Position numbers and translations under genes: made by a program. Shown piece by piece: positions 12,589-21,822 of a stretch of 64,000 nt of DNA. The DNA comes from Bacilli bacterium (GTDB taxonomy: Bacteria > Bacillota_I > Bacilli_A > RFN20 > CAG-826). The DNA is taken from assembly GCA_045597865.1 (NCBI GenBank), contig JAZLKX010000028.1, positions 32,001-96,000 of the forward strand, written 5' to 3'. The notes beneath the pieces are model-generated. The model saw only the letters and a list, made by a program, of their open reading frames with translations, ran no database searches and had not been told where the DNA came from. The stretch's first letter is position 1. Each line of letters starts with the position of its first letter.

Positions 12589-12999
12589 TTAGTCTTTCAC
12601 TGAGATACCCATGTTACGGCATGAACCTTCAACAATCTTCATTGCTGATTCAACGTCGTCACAGTTAAGGTCTGGTAACTTGTATTCTGCGATTTCTTTA
12701 AGTTGTGCTTTGGTGATTGATCCAACGATAACTTTTGGGTTTGCTGAACCTTTTTTGACACCTGCTGCTTTAAGGATTAATCCTGCAACTGGAGAAGTCT
12801 TGATTACAAAGTCATGAGATTTGTCTTCATAAGCTGTAATAATGACTGGAACGATTTCGCCTTTTCTGTCTGCAGTCTTTGCATTAAAGTCTGTACAGAA
12901 CTTTGGCATGACGACACCTGCTGAAGCAAGTTTTGGTCCTGGTTTAGCTTCGCCGCCTGGGAGTTCCATCTTAACAACTTTGACGATTCTTTTACTCAC
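12589..12999 (-). CDS. rplK: 50S ribosomal protein L11
   Basis: FCTDFNAKT, KTSPVAGL, EIAEYKLPDLN, GSCRNMG; GTG start with SD AGGAGG. Confidence 0.97.
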   Translation of the reverse strand: MSKRIVKVVKMELPGGEAKPGPKLASAGVVMPKFCTDFNAKTADRKGEIVPVIITAYEDKSHDFVIKTSPVAGLILKAAGVKKGSANPKVIVGSITKAQLKEIAEYKLPDLNCDDVESAMKIVEGSCRNMGISVKD

Positions 13000-13034
13000 G
13001 TGACATTTCCTCCTTTTCTTCTTTAGATTTGTCC

Positions 13035-13082
13035 GTGTCGTGGTCTATTTTGGACCGATCGTTTGGTCCTTCCACGATACGT
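13035..13082 (-). promoter_or_regulatory. L1-binding site in rplK leader
   Basis: Minus strand TCGTGGAAGGACC...GGTCC-AAAATAGACCACGA, a stem with asymmetric internal loop typical of the L1 operator. Confidence 0.75.
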
Positions 13083-13224
13083 ATGTAACACTTGCGCGCT
13101 CTCTCATTCAGCGAACAAAGTGCGTGTGTATTATATATGATAGGTATGTGCGTGTAAAGAAAATTTTTAAAAAGTTTTGCCAGATTATCCAACAAAACTT
13201 TCTATAAATACTTTGTATTTAACT

Positions 13225-15402
13225 TTATTTAATTTTTCTATAAATTAATGATAAAGAATGCAACGTGAGCAACACGGTTAAGCCTGTGTCTGCGAGTATG
13301 CCTACGAACAATGCAGCTTCCCCAATAACATCTGCCAAAATTAAAGAAATAACAACTATTTTTACAAGCAATGCGAACACAATATTGAAGATTGCGACAA
13401 ACTTGGTTTTCTTTGCAATTTTGATTGAGTCATAAATCTTTAATGGGTGGTCTTGCATGATAACAACATCAGAGTTCTCAACAGCAACATCAGAACCTAT
13501 TCCGCCCATTGCAAAACCAACGTCACTTCTAATGATTGAAGGAGTGTCATTTATACCATCACCAGCAAAGGCAATTAAGCGGCCTTTTTCAGCAAAATCT
13601 ATAGCTTTTTCCACATATTTTGTCTTATCTTGAGGTAAAAGTTTGGCGTGATATTCTTTGATTCCAACAGCCTCTGCAACCTCTTTAACTGTAGATTCTT
13701 TATCGCCAGAAAGTAAGACAACTTTTATTCCCATTTCATCCAATTTTTTAATCAATAATTTAGCTTTATCTCTAACAACATCTTTTAGAACAACATAACC
13801 AATATAGTTACCATTTTTTGCAACATGAATTGCAGTTCCTCCAACATCCACTTCCTCCACCACAATTCCTTCATTTTTGAGAAGATCAACATTACCTGCT
13901 AAAATCTTATTTCCTTCATATTCTGTCTTAACTCCAAGACCTGGAACTTCTTCATAATTCTTTTGTGATAAAGCTATTGAAGAAACGTTTTTATGCAAAC
14001 ATATTGCTTTAGCAATTGGATGATTAGAACGTGATTCCGCAGCTAAAAGAGCGGTCTCTAATTCTTTTTCAGTTACTTTGACTGGAACAAGCTCACTTAC
14101 TTCAAAATTCCCATAAGTGAGAGTTCCAGTCTTATCTATAAACAAAGTTCCAACTTTACAAAGGGAATCTAAGTAGTTGGCACCTTTGATAACAACACCA
14201 CGGCGTGATGCTAGACCAATTCCTGCAAAGTAAGCAAGAGGAACAGATATAACAATTGCGCACGGACAAGAGACAACAAGAATAGCTAATCCACCAAAAA
14301 CTGATTGTGCCCAATCATGAGTAATTAAACCTTTAATAACAGCAAATAAAATACCTGCTAAAAATACAGTTGGTGTGTAAATTCGCGCGAATTTTGTAAT
14401 GAATTTCTCAGCTTTTGCCTTTCTTTCGCCACTTGATTGAACTAGCTCAAGAATCTTAGAAATGGTTGAATCTGCAAAGACCTTATTCACCTTTATTGTG
14501 ATTGATCCGCTTCTTAAAATCGATCCACTTAACGCATTGTGACCAACTAATGCATCTACAGGCATTGGCTCTCCCGTTAACGAAGAAACATCAAGTGTGC
14601 CCTGACCATCAACAATTTCTCCATCAGCTGGAACAATTTCTCCGATTCTAACTATTATTTTATCTCCAACTTTAAGCGTCTCAGGTTTAACCTCGACAAC
14701 TTTGTTGTCGGTTATTAAATTTGCAGTATCAGCACGAAGGTCAATTGCATTAGTGATTGCATCTTTTGATTTACCTGTTGCAATGTGTTCAAAAAGTTCT
14801 CCGATTTGGAACAAAACAATAACCATAACTCCATCCATTAAATCAACTTCAAAAGCACCGGAATCCATTCCGTTTTTTACTAAAATTGAAAGAGTAAAAA
14901 CACCGACAGTTGATAATGTTAAAAGCAAATTCATGTCTATTGGATTTCTTAATTTAATAATGTTTTTAACAACTCGCCAAACTATGTCATATAGACAAAC
15001 TAATGCAGCAATTCCATACAAAATCGCCGCTAAAACGTACATATTTTGACTATTTTCCATCATTTCCTCGGTGATGGTAAATTTAACAACAAGCATTAAA
15101 ATAGCTGAGAAAAGAATTCTTCCAAGCATCACATAAAAATGTTTATTCAAAAACGAATTTTTAACATTTCTTCCTGCTTGCAATTTTTCAATTCTTAATG
15201 GATCATCTTCAACCTCTTTGATGAGTTTTATTAATTCATCTGTTTGAAGTGGTTCATCTTTGTAGTTGATGTACAATCTTTCGTTAGCAAAATCGATTGT
15301 GGCTGAGTGAATAATTTCTTGTTTGTTTAAATAACGCTCAACATTAGCTGCACAGTTGGCGCAATCGAATCCAGAAATGTGATAAATAACCTTTTTTGAC
15401 AT
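13225..15402 (-). CDS. cadA: P1B-type Zn/Cd-exporting ATPase
   Basis: N-terminal GFDCANC HMA domain, TGE, SCPC, DKTGTLT, HP, GDGIND. Confidence 0.92.
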   Translation of the reverse strand: MSKKVIYHISGFDCANCAANVERYLNKQEIIHSATIDFANERLYINYKDEPLQTDELIKLIKEVEDDPLRIEKLQAGRNVKNSFLNKHFYVMLGRILFSAILMLVVKFTITEEMMENSQNMYVLAAILYGIAALVCLYDIVWRVVKNIIKLRNPIDMNLLLTLSTVGVFTLSILVKNGMDSGAFEVDLMDGVMVIVLFQIGELFEHIATGKSKDAITNAIDLRADTANLITDNKVVEVKPETLKVGDKIIVRIGEIVPADGEIVDGQGTLDVSSLTGEPMPVDALVGHNALSGSILRSGSITIKVNKVFADSTISKILELVQSSGERKAKAEKFITKFARIYTPTVFLAGILFAVIKGLITHDWAQSVFGGLAILVVSCPCAIVISVPLAYFAGIGLASRRGVVIKGANYLDSLCKVGTLFIDKTGTLTYGNFEVSELVPVKVTEKELETALLAAESRSNHPIAKAICLHKNVSSIALSQKNYEEVPGLGVKTEYEGNKILAGNVDLLKNEGIVVEEVDVGGTAIHVAKNGNYIGYVVLKDVVRDKAKLLIKKLDEMGIKVVLLSGDKESTVKEVAEAVGIKEYHAKLLPQDKTKYVEKAIDFAEKGRLIAFAGDGINDTPSIIRSDVGFAMGGIGSDVAVENSDVVIMQDHPLKIYDSIKIAKKTKFVAIFNIVFALLVKIVVISLILADVIGEAALFVGILADTGLTVLLTLHSLSLIYRKIK

Positions 15403-15403
15403 T

Positions 15404-15772
15404 TTATCTTTCCTCCACATGTTCTTTTACTACATTTAGAAGCTCTTTTACGTGCCCGTCTTTTAAAGAATAATAAATTTTCAAGCCGTCTCTTCTTGTT
15501 TTTACAATATTTTTATCTCTTAAAACTTTTAATTGATGCGAGACAAGTGATTGGGAACAACCAGTGGCTTCTACGATTTCGGAAACTGACTTCTCAATCA
15601 TGCAAGAAAGCACTCTACATTTGCTGCAACAATTGAGTTCGCTACAACAACAAGAGCATTCTCTCTCATTAACAAGTGAAACCATTATTTTTAGGCGTGT
15701 TTGATCAGAAACAACCTTCAATAATTGTTCCATTTTTCTAATAGTTTGAATGTTAATTCTTTCAAAGTTCAT
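15404..15772 (-). CDS. ArsR/SmtB metalloregulator with Cys-rich insertion
   Basis: DQTRLKIM...SQSLVSHQLKVLR...RRDGLKIYYSLKDGHV...EH; start ambiguous among ATGs at 15778/15775/15772. Confidence 0.9.
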   Translation of the reverse strand: MNFERINIQTIRKMEQLLKVVSDQTRLKIMVSLVNERECSCCCSELNCCSKCRVLSCMIEKSVSEIVEATGCSQSLVSHQLKVLRDKNIVKTRRDGLKIYYSLKDGHVKELLNVVKEHVEER

Positions 15773-15779
15773 CATCATT

Positions 15780-15808
15780 ATTATATGAATGGTTGTTCAT
15801 ATAGTCAA
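15780..15808 (-). promoter_or_regulatory. sigma-A promoter with overlapping SmtB/CzrA-type operator
   Basis: TTGACT-17 nt-TATAAT; inverted repeat TATATGAA-N6-TTCATATA at 15782-15803. Confidence 0.9.
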
Positions 15809-15823
15809 CAATTTTTTTGCAAA

Positions 15824-15852
15824 TAAAAAACACACTACATAGTAGTGTGTTA
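15824..15852 (-). terminator. Intrinsic terminator after nusG
   Basis: AACACACTAC-ATA-GTAGTGTGTT stem plus U-tract. Confidence 0.8.
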
Positions 15853-15871
15853 ATTATCGAATTTTAATCAA

Positions 15872-16438
15872 TTATAGACGTTCAATTTCTGAGAAATCTA
15901 CATCGACTGGAGTTGAACGACCGAAGAAGATTGTTTCAACTCTACAAGCACCAGTCTCCTTATTGATGGATAAGATTTTGCCTTCTGTACCTTCAAGTGG
16001 TCCTCTGATGACTCTAACTGGATCGCCAATGTTGTAGTGTTCATACATTGCTGAATCAATGATGCCCATACGTTTAAGAACTGGTTCAATTTCTTCTTTA
16101 GAAACTGGAGTTGGTTTTTGACCACCACCAGATGAACCAACGATACCAACAACGCCTGGAGTGTTACGGACGTGATACCAACTATTGTTGGTCATGAACA
16201 TTTCTACGAAGATGTTTCCTGGGAACAAGTTTTTCATCTTAGTCTTTCCTGTAGGAAGACCTGTTTCTCTATCAATTACTGGAACTTCTTGTTCTGCAAC
16301 TAAAATGTTGGTGATATAATCACCCATTCCAAGTTGATCAAATCTTTTTCTAAGGTTTTCAGCAGCTTTTCTCTCGTGTTGAGAATAAGTGGTAACAATG
16401 TACCAATGCTTTTCGCCTAATTCTTCTTTTTCTTCCAT
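15872..16438 (-). CDS. nusG: Transcription termination/antitermination factor NusG
   Basis: WYIVTTYSQHE, VRNTPGV, KOW motif VRVIRGPLEG, FGRSTPV. Confidence 0.98.
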   Translation of the reverse strand: MEEKEELGEKHWYIVTTYSQHERKAAENLRKRFDQLGMGDYITNILVAEQEVPVIDRETGLPTGKTKMKNLFPGNIFVEMFMTNNSWYHVRNTPGVVGIVGSSGGGQKPTPVSKEEIEPVLKRMGIIDSAMYEHYNIGDPVRVIRGPLEGTEGKILSINKETGACRVETIFFGRSTPVDVDFSEIERL

Positions 16439-16453
16439 TGTTTTGTCTCCTTA

Positions 16454-16654
16454 TTATGCTTTGAGTCCTGCAAAAACATTCTTTAAAGCTTCAATAACCT
16501 TTCCAGCAGCTAAGTCTTCTAAAGAAAGGATTAAAGCGCAGAATACACAAATAACAATTGTAGTAATAAGAGCAGTTAAAAATGCTTCTCTTTTAGGCCA
16601 ACGAACACGTTTGCCTTCTTTGATAACTTCTTTGGTATATTTTTTTACACCCAT
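16454..16654 (-). CDS. secE: Preprotein translocase SecE
   Basis: EGKRVRWPKREA followed by one TM helix; between rpmG and nusG. Confidence 0.92.
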   Translation of the reverse strand: MGVKKYTKEVIKEGKRVRWPKREAFLTALITTIVICVFCALILSLEDLAAGKVIEALKNVFAGLKA

Positions 16655-16665
16655 AGTTATTCCTC

Positions 16666-16812
16666 CTACTTGCTTTCCTTATGCAATGTTTGCTTATTGC
16701 AATGTGGACAAAATTTCATTAATTCAAGACGTTCAGTTGCGCCTTCTTTTTTGGTAGTTGTGTAATTTCTACTAAGGCATTCAGGGCAAATTAAAATAAC
16801 TTTCTTTCTCAT
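16666..16812 (-). CDS. rpmG: 50S ribosomal protein L33 (Zn-binding form, 48 aa; below ORF track cutoff)
   Basis: Manual translation [48 protein letters not shown]. Confidence 0.97.
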   Translation of the reverse strand: MRKKVILICPECLSRNYTTTKKEGATERLELMKFCPHCNKQTLHKESK

Positions 16813-16845
16813 AAAACGTTATCCTATTTAACATCTTGTGCTGTA

Positions 16846-16874
16846 ATCATACATTACTCATTTAACAAAGTCAA
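16846..16874 (-). promoter_or_regulatory. sigma-A promoter for rpmG-secE-nusG
   Basis: TTGACT-17 nt-TATGAT on minus strand. Confidence 0.7.
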
Positions 16875-16884
16875 GTAAATTGAC

Positions 16885-17709
16885 TTATTTTGCATTCTCA
16901 AAAATCTCAATTAGTGGATTTAGAGAATCTGTTTGATAATCTTCAATATTCCCTTGATCCACTAATTGGGATATTGTTGGATCGATAGGTAATTCTGCAA
17001 GAACTTTAATGCCTGATTCTTCAATAATTTTCTTTGATTCTTCTGAACCGAAAATTCTAATTTTTTCATCACATTTTGGGCATTTAATGTAAGCCATATT
17101 TTCAACAATTCCCAATGTGTTAATGTACATCATTTTTGCCATATTAATGGATTTTTTAACAACCATAGAAACTAAATCTTGTGGACTTGTTACAATAATG
17201 ATTCCATCGATTGGATACATTTGAAAAATTGTTAATGGAACGTCGCCTGTTCCTGGAGGCATATCAATGAACATATAATCAACATCACCATAGGTGACAT
17301 CAGTATATAGTTGCTGGACAAAACCAGCAATCATTGGTCCTCTCCAGATGATTGGAGATTCATCGTCAGGCATCAATAAATTGGCTGACATAATCTTAAT
17401 TCCGTGCTTAGTTAACACTGGATAAATTGCAGTTTCATCAGAACTCGCCATCTTTCCTTTTAAGCCAAACGCTTGAGGTATAGATGGGCCAGTGATATCG
17501 GCATCAACAATAGCAACGTTGTAGCCCTTTTTATTCATGGCCGATGCAAGCAAAGATGTAACTAAGCTTTTACCCACACCGCCCTTACCAGAAATTACAG
17601 CATAACAATGCTTAATTGTGGTATTCTCATTTGGTTTTAATTTTTCTATTTTGCGTGATGCACAATCACCTTGTGAACAGCTCGCGCAATCGTGATTACA
17701 TTCAGACAT
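16885..17709 (-). CDS. mrp: Mrp/ApbC/NBP35 Fe-S cluster carrier ATPase
   Basis: N-terminal CxxDCxSC, GKGGVGKS, DADITGPS, DMPPGTGD, ENM..CPKC. Confidence 0.93.
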   Translation of the reverse strand: MSECNHDCASCSQGDCASRKIEKLKPNENTTIKHCYAVISGKGGVGKSLVTSLLASAMNKKGYNVAIVDADITGPSIPQAFGLKGKMASSDETAIYPVLTKHGIKIMSANLLMPDDESPIIWRGPMIAGFVQQLYTDVTYGDVDYMFIDMPPGTGDVPLTIFQMYPIDGIIIVTSPQDLVSMVVKKSINMAKMMYINTLGIVENMAYIKCPKCDEKIRIFGSEESKKIIEESGIKVLAELPIDPTISQLVDQGNIEDYQTDSLNPLIEIFENAK

Positions 17710-17743
17710 AAAATAACTCCTTGCTATAATAATAGCATAATAG

Positions 17744-18352
17744 TTATTTAAGTTCTATTTTTAATTTCATTGATTCGAGATCTTTTTGAATTAATTTTTT
17801 GATGTACCTATATTGGCCTTCGGTTAATCTGAGTCTGCGCATGATTTCCATGCTGTTATAACCAGCTGATTGTAACATAAAAACTCTTTTCTTTTTAATT
17901 TCTATAGCATCATCAGTTGCTTTGGGAGATGACATTTGCAAATGGATTTCTTCAAAAGAAATTTGTTCCGGAATTGATGCACAATTACAGTCTTCAACTA
18001 ATTCATATAAACTTGTTCCGTCCGATGTTGTTTCGTCTAAAGATTTACCCTGTACACTAAAAATTTTGCACAATTCAACTAATTTAGAAGTAAGCCTTTT
18101 GTTCAAAACAAATTTTGCGAAATCAAAGAAACTTTTTGTTTCAGATGAAAAAGATGTGTAAACATAGTTTATTATGAATAAAATATAATCATCAATGTCG
18201 TCTAAAGTTATATTATAAATCGACATTTTTTCCATAAGTGATTTTGCAACTTTTCTTCCATAATTAAAAAGATAATTAGTCAACTCTTGTAAGGCTCTGT
18301 TGTCACCATTTTGACTAACCTTAAAAAGATTATCGACGTAATCTTTATTCAT
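17744..18352 (-). CDS. Divergent SigH-like sigma-70 family protein
   Basis: Region 1.2/2-like GDNRALQEL...SFFDFAKFVLNKRL, SLDE, C-terminal HTH GYNSMEIMRRL; occupies the sigH position after rlmB. Confidence 0.6.
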   Translation of the reverse strand: MNKDYVDNLFKVSQNGDNRALQELTNYLFNYGRKVAKSLMEKMSIYNITLDDIDDYILFIINYVYTSFSSETKSFFDFAKFVLNKRLTSKLVELCKIFSVQGKSLDETTSDGTSLYELVEDCNCASIPEQISFEEIHLQMSSPKATDDAIEIKKKRVFMLQSAGYNSMEIMRRLRLTEGQYRYIKKLIQKDLESMKLKIELK

Positions 18353-18385
18353 TACTTTATCCTCCTTTAAGGAAGATTTTATCTT

Positions 18386-19126
18386 TTACTTGTTTACAAT
18401 TCTTGATAACAAAATTCCAACAGACACTGAAACATTAAGACTATTAACGTGTCCTTTCATTGGAATTTTAATAATGAAATCGGAGTTTTCCATAACAAGT
18501 CTTGAAGCTCCATGGCCTTCCGAACCAACTATTAAAGCAGTTGGACCTGAATAATCTAAAGCTTCATAATTGTCTTTACCGCTACCATCTGCAGTATAAA
18601 TCCAGAAACCATTTTCCTTTAATTTGTTGATTGCTGAAACTATATTATTTACTTCTGCTACCTTTACATATTCGATAGCACCTGTTGAAACTTTGGCGAC
18701 CGTCATATTTAATGGAACTTGATTGCGTGATTTGATAATCACCCCATCGACTCCAAATGCGTCCGCAGAACGCAAAATTGCACCAAAGTTATGTGGATCT
18801 TCAATCTCATCCAATATGAGAATTAAAGGATGGTCACTCTTTTTGGAACATGAAATGATTTCATCTAAAGATGAATATTCATAAGGAGCTACCTCGACAA
18901 CGATACCTTGGTGGTTTCCACCACGAACTAATGAGTTCAAATAATTCAATTCAACATACTTAGGAGAAAGTTTGTTTCTTTGAATTTCACCAAGGATCTT
19001 ATCGTCTTTAAATCCTTTTTGAAGATAAATTGCTTTCACTTTATTTTGCGATAAAGCATTTAAAGAAGGCAATCTTCCATACACTAATTCTACTCTATTT
19101 TTTGAAGGTCTATTCCCATTTTTCAT
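18386..19126 (-). CDS. rlmB: 23S rRNA Gm2251 methyltransferase
   Basis: NHQG, DEIEDPHNFGAILRSA, GSEGHG, IPMKGHVNSLNVSV. Confidence 0.95.
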   Translation of the reverse strand: MKNGNRPSKNRVELVYGRLPSLNALSQNKVKAIYLQKGFKDDKILGEIQRNKLSPKYVELNYLNSLVRGGNHQGIVVEVAPYEYSSLDEIISCSKKSDHPLILILDEIEDPHNFGAILRSADAFGVDGVIIKSRNQVPLNMTVAKVSTGAIEYVKVAEVNNIVSAINKLKENGFWIYTADGSGKDNYEALDYSGPTALIVGSEGHGASRLVMENSDFIIKIPMKGHVNSLNVSVSVGILLSRIVNK

Positions 19127-19128
19127 AA

Positions 19129-20460
19129 CTAGATAATTTTATTCTCCATTAAGACGTTTCTGAGCTTATCAGATTCCTCAAATTTCTTCTCTGATTTTAA
19201 TCTCAAATATTCTGCATAAATTTTCTCTAATTCTGGTGTCAAAATTGGAGCATCTAAATCGATTCCTAAAATTGAAAGCATTGCATTAATTGAAGCGAAA
19301 ATATTGGAGATTTCCTGGAGATTTTGCGGATTTTTGCGCAATTCTACGTTTGCAAGTTTAACCTTTTCAAAGAGTGCAGCAAGGGCATTTGAAGTGTTTA
19401 AATCATCAGCCATTGCAGCTAAGAAATCAGCCACTTCTGGGGTACCTGATTTTAGGTCTCCATGATTGACTTGAATTGCCACTGCTAATTGGTTATAAAC
19501 TTTCTTAATTTTTTCTAATTCGTTAACAGTTGATTGAACTGTTTCTTCTGTAAATGAAACTGGAGCACGATAATGAGTTTCTAAAATAAGAAGTCTCATA
19601 ACTTTTCCGCCATATTTTGCAATTGCGTCTTTTGCTAAAACAACATTGCCTAATGATTTAGACATTTTCTCGTTTCCAAAATTAACGAAGCCATTATGCA
19701 TCCAAACGTTTGCAATCTTATTGTGATCATGTGCTTTTGCTTGAGCAATTTCATTTTCATGGTGTGGGAATTTTAAGTCAAATCCACCGCCGTGAATATC
19801 AATCTTTCCATCAAAGATGGAGTTAATCATAACACAGCATTCTGTATGCCATCCTGGACGGCCTTTTCCCCAAGGGGAATCCCATTGAATGCCAACATCT
19901 GTTTTCTTCCATAAGCAGAAATCTAATGGTGATTCTTTCTTAGAATTTTCTTCAATACGAGCACCAACTACTAAATCATCAATTTTGATATTTGATAATT
20001 CACCATAGTCTTGGATTGAACTTATTCTAAAGAATACATCTCCATCAATTTCATATGCGGCGCCAGTTTTTACTAGGTCATCAATGTAAGAAATGATGAA
20101 ACCCATGTATTCGGTGACTCTTGGGTTTTTATAATGTTGTTTAACATTGAGTTTGCTAAGAACTTCTTTGTAGGCTTTAATGTAACGATCAGTAATAACA
20201 GATTCAGAAACTCCTTCTTCCACTGCTTTTTTAATAATCTTATCGTCAACATCAGTAAAGTTAGAGACAAGCTTAACATTGTAACCAACGTACTCTAAAA
20301 AACGTCTGAGTGTATCAAACACAATAACAGGACGAATATTTCCAACGTGTGCATCACCATAGACTGTTGGTCCACAGCAATAAATGGAGACTTCATTTTC
20401 TCTAATTGGTTTTAATACTTCAACACTATTTGATAATGAGTTAAAAACTTTAATTTCCAT
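19129..20460 (-). CDS. cysS: Cysteinyl-tRNA synthetase
   Basis: CGPTVY..HVGN, GRPGWHTEC, DLKFPHHENE, KMSKSLGN. Confidence 0.98.
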   Translation of the reverse strand: MEIKVFNSLSNSVEVLKPIRENEVSIYCCGPTVYGDAHVGNIRPVIVFDTLRRFLEYVGYNVKLVSNFTDVDDKIIKKAVEEGVSESVITDRYIKAYKEVLSKLNVKQHYKNPRVTEYMGFIISYIDDLVKTGAAYEIDGDVFFRISSIQDYGELSNIKIDDLVVGARIEENSKKESPLDFCLWKKTDVGIQWDSPWGKGRPGWHTECCVMINSIFDGKIDIHGGGFDLKFPHHENEIAQAKAHDHNKIANVWMHNGFVNFGNEKMSKSLGNVVLAKDAIAKYGGKVMRLLILETHYRAPVSFTEETVQSTVNELEKIKKVYNQLAVAIQVNHGDLKSGTPEVADFLAAMADDLNTSNALAALFEKVKLANVELRKNPQNLQEISNIFASINAMLSILGIDLDAPILTPELEKIYAEYLRLKSEKKFEESDKLRNVLMENKII

Positions 20461-20472
20461 AGCAATTCTCCA

Positions 20473-21735
20473 TTATTTTGCGTCAATAATGCGCTTTTTA
20501 TGTTTTGGACGTGCTGGTGTTTTAGGAGCTTTTTTCATTGCTTTCATGAACGATTCAGCAAGTCCACCTTTAGCTGTTTCACGGTATCTCTTGTTCAAAT
20601 CTTTTCCGGTTTTGTACATTGTTTCGACAACTGTATCAAACGAGACAGCATTTGATGCGTGAGCGTATTCTGCAAGTCTTCCAGCAGCAACTGCACGGAT
20701 TGCAGCAATAGCATTTCTTTCAATACACGGTATGATGACGTAGCCACCAACTGGGTCACAGGTCAAACCAAGTGAATGTTCCATAGCGACTTCTGCAGCA
20801 CATTCAATACCATCAATGTCTTCTTTTTTGAGATAAGCATAAGCTGCAGCAGCCATTGAACAAGCTGACCCAATTTCAGCCTGACAGCCTGCTTCAGCAC
20901 CTGCTAGAGAAGCGTTATATTTAATAACGTTACCAATAATTCCAGCGACCGCTAAGGCCTCAAGAATTGTTTGTCTTGGTTTTTTATACTTCTCGCCATA
21001 ATATTTCATTACCGAAGGTAAAACACCACAAGAACCACATGTTGGAGCAGTAACAACGACTCCGCCCGATGCATTTTCTTCACTAACAGCAAATGCATAG
21101 GCATACATCATTCTAAATGAGTTTCCGACTTCAGATTCGTCAACATAAAGGGATTTAAGGAAATCTTTAGCTCTACGTTGAACATGAAGTTTACCTGGAA
21201 GTTCTCCGGTTGCTTTAAGGCCCCTATCGATAGCGGCCATCATTGCGTCATAAACTTCACCAAGATAATCAAAGATTTCTTCACCTTCACGATTCACTAT
21301 GTAATCAACTAAAGTCCAGTTATTCTTTTCACAAACTTTACGGATTTCAGCAAAGTTCTTTTCTTTATAAATTTCTGGTTCTGGTGCGCTCTTTTCGTCA
21401 CCAATACGAATAGAACCGCCGCCTGGTGAAGTTGCCCATAAAATCTCATGAGTTCCGTCTTTATTATAAACATCAAACTTTACAGTATTTGGATGTTGTG
21501 TTTTAGTTTTGTAATCAAAATAAATGTTTGTTGGAATTGGAGCACACGAAGTGACAATAGCTTTATCAGTCATGTGACCTCTGCCAGTTAAAGCAAAAGA
21601 TCCAAATAATGTAACATCAAAATGATCTGCATTTGGGAAGTTTTTTACAGCATATTTTGAGATTCTTGAAGGTCCAATTGTATGTGAAGAGGAAGGACCA
21701 TTTCCTATACGGTATAAATAACGGATTGATTTCAT
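20473..21735 (-). CDS. sdaA: Fe-S L-serine dehydratase, single-chain
   Basis: GPSSSHTIGP, EENASGGVVVTAPTCGSCG, GCQAEIG, GLTCDPVGG, PCIERN, RETAKGGLA. Confidence 0.95.
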   Translation of the reverse strand: MKSIRYLYRIGNGPSSSHTIGPSRISKYAVKNFPNADHFDVTLFGSFALTGRGHMTDKAIVTSCAPIPTNIYFDYKTKTQHPNTVKFDVYNKDGTHEILWATSPGGGSIRIGDEKSAPEPEIYKEKNFAEIRKVCEKNNWTLVDYIVNREGEEIFDYLGEVYDAMMAAIDRGLKATGELPGKLHVQRRAKDFLKSLYVDESEVGNSFRMMYAYAFAVSEENASGGVVVTAPTCGSCGVLPSVMKYYGEKYKKPRQTILEALAVAGIIGNVIKYNASLAGAEAGCQAEIGSACSMAAAAYAYLKKEDIDGIECAAEVAMEHSLGLTCDPVGGYVIIPCIERNAIAAIRAVAAGRLAEYAHASNAVSFDTVVETMYKTGKDLNKRYRETAKGGLAESFMKAMKKAPKTPARPKHKKRIIDAK

Positions 21736-21774
21736 AGTGCAGTTATTTTAACACATAGACATACAAACGCAAAT

Positions 21775-21808
21775 AAAAAAGCGGAGCTACGAAGTAACCC
21801 CGCTAATT
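21775..21808 (-). terminator. Intrinsic terminator ending the 14-gene Mo-hydroxylase operon
   Basis: AGCGGGGTTAC-TTC-GTAGCTCCGCT followed by U-tract on minus strand. Confidence 0.8.
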
Positions 21809-21822
21809 TATATTTAGAGCAA

